Shown here piece after piece: positions 46,840 through 56,235 of a stretch of DNA of 64,000 nt. The stretch spans positions 124,001 to 188,000 of the IMG/VR virus record IMGVR_UViG_3300048924_000100; one strand, written 5' to 3'. Below the pieces are notes generated by a model. That model searched no databases. It was not told the origin of the DNA and saw only the letters and a program-made list of their open reading frames with translations. Every line of letters starts with the position of its first letter. Within the stretch, counting starts at the first letter, position 1. Position numbers and translations under genes: made by a program.

Positions 46840-47172
46840 ATGACTTCTTTGAATCAAACAGAACGCGCCGCAATCGAAAAATCTTTCCGTGGCGACCGCA
46901 ACGACGGCGTGAGTGTTGGTCAAATCGCCGGCGTAGCTGGTGCTCTGATTGGCGCAGCAGCATGTGTATCTCAGGGCAGTTCCCTGGGTGCTGGTATCGC
47001 AGGCGGTATCGCAGGCGGCGTTGCCGGCTATGCAGTAGGTACCTGCTGGGGTCTGGTAGAAGTAAACACCACTGGCAAGATCATCAGTGGCACCATGTCC
47101 GGTCTGTTCGGCGCTGGTGTCGCCAGTTCCATCTGCTCCATCGTTGATTGTTTCGTAAACGAGCCTAAGTAA
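46840..47172 (+). CDS. Small glycine-zipper membrane protein (110 aa), early gene
   Basis: GGAG RBS before ATG 46840; repeated GxxxG helices (GVAGALIGAAA; GAGIAGGIAGGVAGYAVG; GTMSGLFGAGVASSI). Confidence 0.75.
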   Translation: MTSLNQTERAAIEKSFRGDRNDGVSVGQIAGVAGALIGAAACVSQGSSLGAGIAGGIAGGVAGYAVGTCWGLVEVNTTGKIISGTMSGLFGAGVASSICSIVDCFVNEPK

Positions 47173-47182
47173 TCTAGGCTGC

Positions 47183-47217
47183 AAATAAAGGAGAGTGTGA
47201 ACTCTCCTTTATTTTTT
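47183..47217 (+). terminator. Canonical intrinsic terminator
   Basis: AAATAAAGGAGAGT-GTGA-ACTCTCCTTTATTT followed by TTT. Confidence 0.85.
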
Positions 47218-47232
47218 GTCTCCTAAGAGGAA

Positions 47233-47604
47233 ATGGCCATGCTCCTGAAACTCCATCCGCAACACGTAATGGGTTTGTCTATTGTTGACCAAATCCTTGA
47301 CCACCTTCAAGAGATGATTGTGGCAGGTGACTGGCCGGAAAACATTCGGCCCACCAAAGATATTATCACTGAGCTAGGTATTGTAGTAAGCGGGGATGAT
47401 TTTTCTAATACTCTCAATAGGTATCACGCGTTCCTTTACGTAGGAGCGCCTGAGGGTCTTCCCCGTACGTTTGCAAGCTTCTACCGTAGTCAGCCCTTCA
47501 AGGATTGGATCATCCTCCTTAAACCGAAGGATAACCACCTAGCTGACCCGGTGTATGTTTTCTCTGCCGCCAGCTCAGTAGCTTATTCCCCAACTCTTCA
47601 CTAA
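47233..47604 (+). CDS. Hypothetical protein (123 aa)
   Basis: GAGG RBS. Confidence 0.65.
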   Translation: MAMLLKLHPQHVMGLSIVDQILDHLQEMIVAGDWPENIRPTKDIITELGIVVSGDDFSNTLNRYHAFLYVGAPEGLPRTFASFYRSQPFKDWIILLKPKDNHLADPVYVFSAASSVAYSPTLH

Positions 47605-47615
47605 AGGACATTATT

Positions 47616-48170
47616 GTGAAAGACAACGACTTCAAGAATTTGACCGGCGAAGATCTCGGTGCTCTTCTTGGTGTTTACCTGACTACCCGTAGTGACATCA
47701 CCCCGGCAATCTTCAAGGGTGCTGAAACTCCTCGTGGTCAGGAGCTCGTTGAAGAGGTCCAACGCCGTTTGAAACTGTATGAGCCTAACCCACAGGGTAG
47801 TCGTGACACACTGCCGCATCCGCCTTTCACATACCCTCTTGATGCATGCTTTAATCTAGTCGGCATTAATGCTGCAATCAAGGAAGTCCATGACCTAATG
47901 CAAGCCATGGTGAGTGCTGGTAAGTACCCGACCTGGTGGCCACCTCTTATAACAGCACAGCTCATGTTCGAAGACGTCATCCGGTGGCAACGGAGTGGCT
48001 TATGCGAAAGAGGCGCAATGTTTGCTGAATACATGGTTGTTTTCCCCACCCAAAATAACAAGGTGTTAAAAGCGGTTAACACTGAGAAGCCGAATACCCG
48101 CTACACCTATCCAGCGTTCTTCTTTATAGCAATGAAGAAGGATAAGGCCGATGTATTGGAAACCGAGTAA
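47616..48170 (+). CDS. Hypothetical protein (184 aa)
   Basis: AAGGA RBS, GTG start. Confidence 0.65.
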   Translation: MKDNDFKNLTGEDLGALLGVYLTTRSDITPAIFKGAETPRGQELVEEVQRRLKLYEPNPQGSRDTLPHPPFTYPLDACFNLVGINAAIKEVHDLMQAMVSAGKYPTWWPPLITAQLMFEDVIRWQRSGLCERGAMFAEYMVVFPTQNNKVLKAVNTEKPNTRYTYPAFFFIAMKKDKADVLETE

Positions 48171-48174
48171 TACG

Positions 48175-48215
48175 TACCCCGCCTAGGCGGGGTAGTAACA
48201 CCCATTTATTTTTTT
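48175..48215 (+). terminator. Palindromic terminator
   Basis: Perfect 20-nt palindrome TACCCCGCCTAGGCGGGGTA, then a delayed T-tract. Confidence 0.7.
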
Positions 48216-48290
48216 GTGTTAAAGAATCTATGGGAGAGAACGTTATGTTCTTTTATAGTACAACTTCCAGAAACCAAAGAGAGTGTAATA

Positions 48291-48938
48291 ATGAGCATCC
48301 TTAAAGAATACGAACACCTCAGCAACAGCGACGTGGCTGAACACCTGGCCGGTCACCGTCTGGTTCAGGAAGGTCAACGTCAGAAGCGTTTCGAAGGCGT
48401 TGCACTGCCGTTCGGCGAGAAGCTCATCAAGCTGGTCCGTGAGCGTCTGACCGCTCTGACTGGCGATCAGCCTGCTGAACCAGAACAACCGGTACTGGCT
48501 CCGCTGGAACAAACCCTGGCCACCGTATCCGCCATCGGCACTCTGGACGACCTGGTTAACGCCTACGTGACTCTGTTGGCCGCTACCGCTGATCTGGGCA
48601 CCGACGAGCAGGTAGACACCGCTCTGGCCGAGATGAAAGACCGTGTTCATGCTGCCGTGGCAGCTACCATCGAACCAGTCCAGGTTGAAGTCCCAGGCCC
48701 AGCTCCAACCGACGAGCAACTGATCGAGCAATTCAGCGCTATCAACAACCTCGCCGACCTGGAAACTGAACTGGCCGGTAGCAACGGCGAAACCGTAGTG
48801 GCTGCTGTTACTGCCATGACCGGTCGTGTGCGTGATGCGGTTATCCGTGATCTGCCAGCTCCAGTAGTTGCAGAAGCAGCACCAGCACCAGAAGCCAAAG
48901 CTGCTAAAACCAGCAAAGAAAAACCAGCTGCACAGTAA
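48291..48938 (+). CDS. Acidic Ala-rich protein with internal repeat (215 aa)
   Basis: Start moved to ATG 48291; strong codon bias. Confidence 0.75.
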   Translation: MSILKEYEHLSNSDVAEHLAGHRLVQEGQRQKRFEGVALPFGEKLIKLVRERLTALTGDQPAEPEQPVLAPLEQTLATVSAIGTLDDLVNAYVTLLAATADLGTDEQVDTALAEMKDRVHAAVAATIEPVQVEVPGPAPTDEQLIEQFSAINNLADLETELAGSNGETVVAAVTAMTGRVRDAVIRDLPAPVVAEAAPAPEAKAAKTSKEKPAAQ

Positions 48939-48939
48939 T

Positions 48940-49006
48940 CAACCATAAGGCTAACCCTCCACTCCCGTAAAGGAGTGGAGGGTTAGTTATAGCTGTTTCT
49001 TTTTTG
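48940..49006. terminator. Bidirectional terminator with TATRG motifs on both sides
   Basis: GCTAACCCTCCACTCC-CGTAAA-GGAGTGGAGGGTTAGT; TATAGCTG on + and TATGGTTG on -. Confidence 0.85.
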
Positions 49007-49013
49007 CTACTTA

Positions 49014-52000
49014 CTAGAACGGGTCAAACTTCTTACCACCAGGGGCATCATCCGCCGGAGGAGCATCGTCGTCTTTCGCTGTGTCATCAGCATCAGGCTC
49101 CGCATCATCCGCAACAGTCGGTGCATCATCATCCCCAGGAGGATTGTCACCAGCACCAGAATCATCGATAGGAGCATCAATGTCTTGATCACCGGTATCC
49201 GCGCCCGTATCCAGAGAAGCATCATCAGTTCCGCCACCAGCGCTAGCATCAGGAATAACCCCATCACCACCTTCCTCGCCTTCGACAGGTTCTTCAGGTG
49301 GCGCAAGTTTCTTCGCCAACTTATCCCCGTACTGTTTCTTAAGCTTCTTGTTGGAGTCCGTGATCCCGTCAATGAGATCAGCCACAAAGCCAGCAGTGTT
49401 GATACGCTGATGCAGCATCTGCTGAACCAGAGACGCAATACCACCACCTTTACCCTCGTTAACAATGTCATCAAATGGCATCGGCAAGTTAAACCGACGG
49501 AAGGCTTCAGACGTCAACGCAGATTTGACCATGGCCTTAATCTCTACGTCAGTGAAGTCTTCGTTTTCGATGGCCAGTGCCTTCAAGATCTGAGGGAGTA
49601 CGCCATTGTTGCCCGCAGCCTCTTCCCAAGCCTGTACAAGCGCAGTTACGGCTTCCAAGCTATCCTTCAGCTTGTTAGTCGACTCGGTGCTTGTAGGCAC
49701 TGGTAGGTAGCAATAAACCGAACTGAAGAAGTCTGCCAAGATAACCTTGACTTTATCCTCGTCGCTGCCTTCCAGAGCTTCTTTACTGTCAGGACCCCAC
49801 AGCTTCTTGTTGTCCAGGATGTACTGAACAAGGTCTTGCATCAGAGGACCGTTAACCCGCGCGTGTTTACGCATGAAGTCAATCAAGAATTCGCAGATCA
49901 TTTCCTGCCAGTTAACAGCCTGGTTAAACACCATCTCGTATTCCGTCACAGCTTCGATCTTGAAGTTGTTCTGGTCATCCGCTACGTCCAGCCATGCACG
50001 AGGCAGGTTGAAGTAGTTGGAGATAGAGTTCATTACTGCGTCACGGCTATCCTTGTCTACCGGATGGAAGTTATCCTTCTGTTTACCCTGAGTGCTGATA
50101 TCCGGTGTAGGCAAGTGAACGTTGTCACCAGCGTTAACCTTAACCGACAGAGAGGCCTCCCGCAAAGCATCCACTACCTGAGGAACCGACAGTTGAGCCG
50201 TCGACAGGATAGAGTGAAGCTTGGGGTTGCAGTCAAAGAAGGTAGCACGGGCAATCGCAATGGTTTGTTCTGGGTCCGAGTCCTCCTTCTCGATGTTAAT
50301 AACCATCTCGGTATGAGGCTGAGCAGCTTCCAGGTTAGCCAAGGCGTCGGCCAGGTCATAGGCCGCCAGACGAGCGATGTGCATCTTGGCCGCTTGAGTA
50401 AGGGATTGACCAATACCCAGGCGGTTGAACTTGATAGCGCCGTAGGAGACAGCCTCACCCGGTACGTACAAGCAACGCACACCCTGCTTCTTGAAGATAC
50501 GGGACAGGAAGATCTTGTTGACCTCCTCATCCAGCGTGATACTGATGTTCTTGCCCTTGTCGCTATAAACAGCAGAGATGAATTGACGAACAATACTCTT
50601 CTGAGCCATGTCCGCAAACTCCGACATATCGAAGTCACAAGGATTACCGGACTGTACCGCACGCAAGCTGGAGATCAGCGAGTTATCGCTACCCATCTTG
50701 TTCTTGTTGCCGATGCTTTCCTTGTTCTTCGCCAGCGACTGGTAGAACTCTGGATCATCAGTGTTCTTGAGGAACTCACCGGTCTCTGGGTCGAGCAGGA
50801 TGATGTAGTCATCGATCTTGCCGTTACTACCGTTGAAGTGGATCGGGAAGATCGCTTCAGAAGGAATGTGCCAGCTCAGACCACGACCGTAAGGGGCTAC
50901 ACTCAACGAGTCATTGGACTTGATGAATTGCAGCGACTGAGAACGAATGTTGCGCGACTTGAACACAGTAGCGTTCAGGTGGTTCAACTGGTCTTCAGTC
51001 AGGTTCTGGGTAGTGGCGTGTGGCTGACCTTTCTTGTCACCCTTAGGCTCTTTATCGTCCTTAGGTGTCTTCTTGTCCTTACCGCCCTTCTTGCTCTCTT
51101 CTTCCTCAGCCTTAGCTGCTTCAGCGTCACGACCCTTCTGGGACTGCATAGCAGAGGAGATGATGTTATCAAAACTCTCTGCACCCATCACCGATGTGAT
51201 ATCTCGATTGCGCTTGGCCTCCTGGAACTTCTGGAGGTACAGCACAGACGGGTTATCGGTAATGGTAATGCCGAACAGGTTCTCGGTATCTTCCTTAGGG
51301 TCGAAGATCGGGAACTCTTCCTCAGTGGTTTCAGCACTGGAGGTAAAGAGGGATTCCAGACCGCTGATTGCAGCAGCCTTAGTTGGGTTGTAAGGGTTGC
51401 GAACAAAACGACCTTTGTTACGCACTTTGTTCTTGCCGTCGGCACCAACAACGAACTCAGCATTGAGTGCTGAACAAGCCTTGGTGTACTCTTCGTTACC
51501 TGTCCGTTTGGAAGGGTCAACTTCAGAGCCGTTGATCAAGTAATCCAGGCCAGGACGGCTCAGGTTAAAGATCGCATAGGACCCGGTATTCCACATGATA
51601 TCGTCGAGCATCTTCTTAAGAAGCGACTCGATCTTATAGTCATTGGTGTAATAATCGTCCCAGATGGACAGCAGACCGGTGTGCATGGCTGCGTTTTTAA
51701 TTTTGGTACTCTGGGAATCGTAGGTCAACATCTTGTCCTGTTTCCCGTTAGGGTAGAGGATGATCGTGTTCCAGATCAAGTTGGCCTTATCGATCATCGG
51801 TGTGATGGCCCGTAGGTCATACGCCGAGTTGATGTTATTGCTGATAATGTTGCTCAGCCGTGTAAGCTTGTATTCGTTGATGGTCTTAGTCCCACCAACT
51901 TCCTCACGATCAGGAGCGACCCCATTCTTAGGCGTCGCGTTGCGCAAGGTAGCCTGGACTGCTGGCGACACATTCTTGATGTTCTCACGAATCTTGGTGT

Positions 52001-52049
52001 AGTCGACCGACTTGTTACCGCTAGTCGCTGCGCGCGTTTCGAACCCCAT
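49014..52049 (-). CDS. Portal protein (phiKZ gp129-like), 1011 aa
   Basis: Start MGFET at 52049 (GAGGT RBS); head-to-head with a gp128-like gene as in phiKZ; G-x-E sites and an acidic C-terminal tail. Identification rests mainly on synteny and size. Confidence 0.65.
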   Translation of the reverse strand: MGFETRAATSGNKSVDYTKIRENIKNVSPAVQATLRNATPKNGVAPDREEVGGTKTINEYKLTRLSNIISNNINSAYDLRAITPMIDKANLIWNTIILYPNGKQDKMLTYDSQSTKIKNAAMHTGLLSIWDDYYTNDYKIESLLKKMLDDIMWNTGSYAIFNLSRPGLDYLINGSEVDPSKRTGNEEYTKACSALNAEFVVGADGKNKVRNKGRFVRNPYNPTKAAAISGLESLFTSSAETTEEEFPIFDPKEDTENLFGITITDNPSVLYLQKFQEAKRNRDITSVMGAESFDNIISSAMQSQKGRDAEAAKAEEEESKKGGKDKKTPKDDKEPKGDKKGQPHATTQNLTEDQLNHLNATVFKSRNIRSQSLQFIKSNDSLSVAPYGRGLSWHIPSEAIFPIHFNGSNGKIDDYIILLDPETGEFLKNTDDPEFYQSLAKNKESIGNKNKMGSDNSLISSLRAVQSGNPCDFDMSEFADMAQKSIVRQFISAVYSDKGKNISITLDEEVNKIFLSRIFKKQGVRCLYVPGEAVSYGAIKFNRLGIGQSLTQAAKMHIARLAAYDLADALANLEAAQPHTEMVINIEKEDSDPEQTIAIARATFFDCNPKLHSILSTAQLSVPQVVDALREASLSVKVNAGDNVHLPTPDISTQGKQKDNFHPVDKDSRDAVMNSISNYFNLPRAWLDVADDQNNFKIEAVTEYEMVFNQAVNWQEMICEFLIDFMRKHARVNGPLMQDLVQYILDNKKLWGPDSKEALEGSDEDKVKVILADFFSSVYCYLPVPTSTESTNKLKDSLEAVTALVQAWEEAAGNNGVLPQILKALAIENEDFTDVEIKAMVKSALTSEAFRRFNLPMPFDDIVNEGKGGGIASLVQQMLHQRINTAGFVADLIDGITDSNKKLKKQYGDKLAKKLAPPEEPVEGEEGGDGVIPDASAGGGTDDASLDTGADTGDQDIDAPIDDSGAGDNPPGDDDAPTVADDAEPDADDTAKDDDAPPADDAPGGKKFDPF

Positions 52050-52070
52050 ATAAACCTCACGAGTTAAACT

Positions 52071-54248
52071 ATGAATAGTGTCGATCTGGATAAGTATCAC
52101 ACGGACACTTTCAGCCTAGTTCGAACCATGGTTATCAAAATCGAGGCCTTGGCCGAACGAGATAACCTGGTGTTAACTAACGCTGGGCATTCCGTTTCTT
52201 CCGACAAAACGACATGGCGTTATTACATGAACCTCAATGGGGATTACCACCCCACTGATGAAGTAATGTGGATCAACTCCATTGATACTGGCGAACAGAT
52301 TGTTTTCAACAAAGACAATCTGAAGTTGCACCTCGCGACGAATCGAGAGTACAGCAAAGGCGGGTATTGGTTTAACCGTCTTGCCGACGTATACCCAGGG
52401 CAGACTGCCTTGATTAACGGCATACTTGCACCGATCCCGTACTCCGAAACCATCGAGGCCAAAGACTATAAGATTCTGCGCTACAATAAGAATCTAGTGC
52501 TGTGGAACGAAGATCAGCTGATCCCTAAATTGCAACAGTTTGTCAACAGTGATGTGCAGCAATCGATCAAAAACGATTACGTCACAACAGACGACCTGTT
52601 CCTAACCTGGATGATCGAAAAGCTGTACGCCATGCTCATCGGGGCCATCCATGCGATCCGCCTGGAAGACTGCTACACCCGTCATACCCATGAGTTCTTT
52701 ATCTGGAGCCACATTGACTCCTTTGGCGAATTCTCGCAGTACAAGGCCAGTCTGAACCGCGCTCAAACAATGTGGTTGTTTCGTAATATTGCATGGGTGC
52801 GTAACAATCCAGGCCAGCAACACACGTTTGACAAGCTGATGAAGAACCTGCTGACCACAGCCAGGATTCCATTGGCGCGGTTTGATGTGGTGAGTTCCAC
52901 TGAGAACCAGCTGGAAGATCTGACGCCCACTCCGCTGTATCGTCGTATGCAAATGAACCTGGTAGAGACCTATGGTCGCACTGCTACGTTTATTGACACT
53001 TTAGCCATGATCAACAAGCAACAGGTTATGGCCAAGGATAACTACGACCAGACGGCGTTCTATCTGGATGATGCCCTGGTCAAGGGTAAGTACAGTTTGC
53101 ACTCTGAGCTGCCCACCAAGGCGCTTGAATCGTCCATGATGGACTACACCAACCGACACATCGATACATTGATGAAGGTGGTGTACAACGAGTGGATCTA
53201 TCTGGCGGGTAACAAGGTCTTCAACGGCAAGGTAATCACGGTAGACCCCAAGAGCGGTAAGCAGTACAGACTGCCTGTTGGCGATGCGTTCTACATCTGG
53301 AAATACCTGGTAGAGTTTGCCAAGGGTAAAAACCCCCTGGAGATCGAACCGGCTTATTACCAGAACGTGATGAAGCTCAAGCCACCGACCATTGAGGAGA
53401 TCATTGAGATCGGCGGTCCCGATTTCATTCGTCCTTATGTAGCTGCTGATATTCAGAAGCTGTGGATCCCCATCGCACCCTTCCTGGCACCGGATTACCT
53501 GATCCAGTACGCCACTGAAGTCTACACCGCCATGTGGAAGCACAAGAAGCTTTATAGCAAGTGGTATGACCTCAACCTAAGGGCTCGGGCCAAGAACAGC
53601 TGTAAGCTGATGTACGACTCGGGTATTGTTAGCCTGAGCAACTTCACTGATTACGACTCGCTGCTTAAAAGCTACGAGTTGGACTTCACTGACTACACAG
53701 CTGAAGAAGCCCGCAACTTCTCCTGGGATATCTTTAAACGGGTAACCGGGTGGGATACCAACGCTAAGCCGTCGACACGGGTTAAACAGAGCGATCTGAT
53801 TGACATCATGTCTGAGTTGTCGTCCTACACGATTCACATCGTGAAGAACATCAATGACGGTACGGATCAAACCGAACTGATCAACGAGACCTTTGTAGGG
53901 GACTCCCGTTGGGTAGGTGTCGGCAACGGTAGTTTTGGCGATTTCAAGAATGTCATGATTACCCAGCATTCCAACATGGATACGATCCATGCCCTGGAAG
54001 CCAACATCCCGATTATCATGAATGACGATCCGGTATTGGTTGCTGACAGCGAGATGAAGATTGATATCATCACGCACGACATCTTTGAATCAGTTAACCT
54101 GAGCAACAGCCTGGCGACCTATGCGGTTAAACTATATGACAACAGTTACCTGCGCATGCTGCCGGATGGTGCTTTGCCACAACTGGTTATCCCAGCAACC
54201 TATTACGGGGAGCTCGCGCCTGACGTCGACTCTACGGTCCAGCCATGA
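52071..54248 (+). CDS. Virion structural protein, probable baseplate (phiKZ gp128-like)
   Basis: 725 aa; divergent from the portal gene. Confidence 0.6.
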   Translation: MNSVDLDKYHTDTFSLVRTMVIKIEALAERDNLVLTNAGHSVSSDKTTWRYYMNLNGDYHPTDEVMWINSIDTGEQIVFNKDNLKLHLATNREYSKGGYWFNRLADVYPGQTALINGILAPIPYSETIEAKDYKILRYNKNLVLWNEDQLIPKLQQFVNSDVQQSIKNDYVTTDDLFLTWMIEKLYAMLIGAIHAIRLEDCYTRHTHEFFIWSHIDSFGEFSQYKASLNRAQTMWLFRNIAWVRNNPGQQHTFDKLMKNLLTTARIPLARFDVVSSTENQLEDLTPTPLYRRMQMNLVETYGRTATFIDTLAMINKQQVMAKDNYDQTAFYLDDALVKGKYSLHSELPTKALESSMMDYTNRHIDTLMKVVYNEWIYLAGNKVFNGKVITVDPKSGKQYRLPVGDAFYIWKYLVEFAKGKNPLEIEPAYYQNVMKLKPPTIEEIIEIGGPDFIRPYVAADIQKLWIPIAPFLAPDYLIQYATEVYTAMWKHKKLYSKWYDLNLRARAKNSCKLMYDSGIVSLSNFTDYDSLLKSYELDFTDYTAEEARNFSWDIFKRVTGWDTNAKPSTRVKQSDLIDIMSELSSYTIHIVKNINDGTDQTELINETFVGDSRWVGVGNGSFGDFKNVMITQHSNMDTIHALEANIPIIMNDDPVLVADSEMKIDIITHDIFESVNLSNSLATYAVKLYDNSYLRMLPDGALPQLVIPATYYGELAPDVDSTVQP

Positions 54249-54258
54249 GGACAACACC

Positions 54259-54660
54259 TTGAACAGACGAGTCTTGGCGTTGGTCAAACAACGCTACTGC
54301 GAAGACAAAAGGATTAAGGATCGTGATTCAGTTAACTTGTCCTTTACCCAAGTGCAGACTAACGGCGACCCCGTGTTCTATGTTGAAGATGGCAAGGCTG
54401 GCGAGGTGTATGTCTACCCGCGCACGGACCTGAGCGGGTTAACCGCTCACCGTGCGCTGGACATCCCTAAAGAGTACCGGCAACAGTTGGAGAGCAACCC
54501 CAGTAAAGACTTTATCGCTGACTGGGTGCATCGTTTTACCGGCCACCGGCTCTTGGCCCTTGACATCCGCTATTTAACCCTGGAAAGAAGCGCAGTGGAG
54601 GTTACCTTAGCCCCAGATTCTATGCGCTTTAAAAACAGTTTCCGTATTACCCGACTATAG
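54259..54660 (+). CDS. Small probable tail/baseplate protein (133 aa)
   Basis: TTG start 54259 with GAGG RBS right after the previous stop. The upstream ATG at 54121 lies deep inside the previous gene. Confidence 0.55.
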   Translation: MNRRVLALVKQRYCEDKRIKDRDSVNLSFTQVQTNGDPVFYVEDGKAGEVYVYPRTDLSGLTAHRALDIPKEYRQQLESNPSKDFIADWVHRFTGHRLLALDIRYLTLERSAVEVTLAPDSMRFKNSFRITRL

Positions 54661-54672
54661 GGATTTTTGATT

Positions 54673-55602
54673 ATGGCTCTTTCTGCAACCGAACTTCAAG
54701 ACCAGAACCGTTCTGAGGTTCCTACTCAGTCGGTGACCAACACAGCCTGGGGCGGGCTGATTGCAAAGTGCTCCAATACCAAACAGAACTTCGTCCTGCC
54801 ACAGTACACCACCCTCAACGAGTTCCACGACATCCTGGCTACGGAATCCATCGGCCTGAAGAACGGTAACGACTTCAGCCTGAAGTACTTCGGTGTGGGT
54901 ATTCGTGGTGCTGACGCTATCGGCAAGACCCCGCTGGGCACCACCCTGTTGAAGGTCAACCAGCACCAGCCGAAAGACGGCAACCTGTTCGTGCCGATCC
55001 CTTTCGCCTGCCGTCCAGTAGACAGCGACTTCGACAACATCAACCGTGCGAAGTATCGCATGCGTACTGTTGAAGACGTCAATGGCGTGGCTTACGCGTT
55101 CTACTGGTTGAAGCTGATCAGCTTTGCCAATTACAACCCACAGGTTGTGGTCATTACCCGTGACGACAACAACAACGAAGACCCAGTGCCGTATATCCCG
55201 GTTAAGGATGACTTGTTCAATCCTCAGCCTGTGGACTTCACCAGCACCGGCTCTGTGCCGATCAGCAACCAGTACATGAACAACTCGGCTATCCTGGACT
55301 GCTCGTTGGATCAAACCGACCTGCGTGAAATGGAAAATGCCTGCCGCATCAAGTTTGGCGACGCCAGCCTGGCTGCTCCAAACGAAGTGGGTATTGCCTA
55401 CGGCGTGGATACCAAGACTGATGGTTCTATCGGTCAAGGCGCCACCATCCGTTACGACGAAGTGCTGAGCGCTGTGTATGCTCACTACGTCACCGAGCGC
55501 GATGCCCGTGCTGCACTGAACAACGTGCGCATCCAATACGCCTTCGACCACGGTGCCAGCGAACCAATGCTGCTCCACACCCAGTCGACCACCACGGCTT
55601 AA
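54673..55602 (+). CDS. Conserved virion structural protein (309 aa)
   Basis: Strong codon bias; motifs KYFGVGIRG, LFVPIPF and YAFYWLK recognised as typical of phiKZ-like tail/baseplate proteins. Confidence 0.6.
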   Translation: MALSATELQDQNRSEVPTQSVTNTAWGGLIAKCSNTKQNFVLPQYTTLNEFHDILATESIGLKNGNDFSLKYFGVGIRGADAIGKTPLGTTLLKVNQHQPKDGNLFVPIPFACRPVDSDFDNINRAKYRMRTVEDVNGVAYAFYWLKLISFANYNPQVVVITRDDNNNEDPVPYIPVKDDLFNPQPVDFTSTGSVPISNQYMNNSAILDCSLDQTDLREMENACRIKFGDASLAAPNEVGIAYGVDTKTDGSIGQGATIRYDEVLSAVYAHYVTERDARAALNNVRIQYAFDHGASEPMLLHTQSTTTA

Positions 55603-55611
55603 GGAGGCTCC

Positions 55612-56235
55612 ATGGAGTTTCCCGAAATCCTTAAAGGTGCTCACGTTCCACTGACATCCAGCATGACCAGTGACGACGCAATTAAACTGGCGAACGGATT
55701 CTATCAGACCGACGTAGACCCTGATCAGTTCAAGAAGTCGCAAGCCTTCTGGAATCCTGACAGTGAACTGCAAATTGATTTGATCGATCCTTACACCGGT
55801 GAAGTGTTTACTAGCTTCGTCAACAAGGCCTCCAAGGTTAATACCGCAGCTGTAGCTGCGCCAGAGTTAATGCTGGCCAACCCTCTGTTGTTAAGCACTG
55901 CTGAATCCGTCGCTCTGATGGGTCCTGTTATTGTGCTGGGGTCTGCGGTAGAGATCGAGTTCCTGGATGCGGTAGGTTCGGGTGCTACCTACCCTACTAC
56001 CGGTACCGACAACAATGCAGCCTTCGACCTGAAGAACCTGCTCAACGCGTATCAGTTCCTCGGTGGCTGGGTTTCCGGCACACTTGGTGACTATGCGGTG
56101 GGTGGCTTCCGACTGGTCTATAAAGGACCGAGTGACTCTTTGCCTGAAGGGTTCCCAATGGATCCGTCGCCTATGGTGGCTGTCATTGAGATCCTCCACG
56201 GTCAACAGAAAGGATACATATGCCTGAGGACGTAA
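55612..56235 (+). CDS. Hypothetical, probable virion protein (207 aa)
   Basis: GGAGG RBS; located in the structural operon. Confidence 0.7.
   Translation: MEFPEILKGAHVPLTSSMTSDDAIKLANGFYQTDVDPDQFKKSQAFWNPDSELQIDLIDPYTGEVFTSFVNKASKVNTAAVAAPELMLANPLLLSTAESVALMGPVIVLGSAVEIEFLDAVGSGATYPTTGTDNNAAFDLKNLLNAYQFLGGWVSGTLGDYAVGGFRLVYKGPSDSLPEGFPMDPSPMVAVIEILHGQQKGYICLRT

Noticed and set aside
54121-54258. 127-nt overlap of the 179-aa ORF with the 725-aa gene, considered as a second frameshift
   Set aside because: No slippery heptamer nearby, and a TTG start with a GAGG RBS at 54259 explains the gene without overlap.
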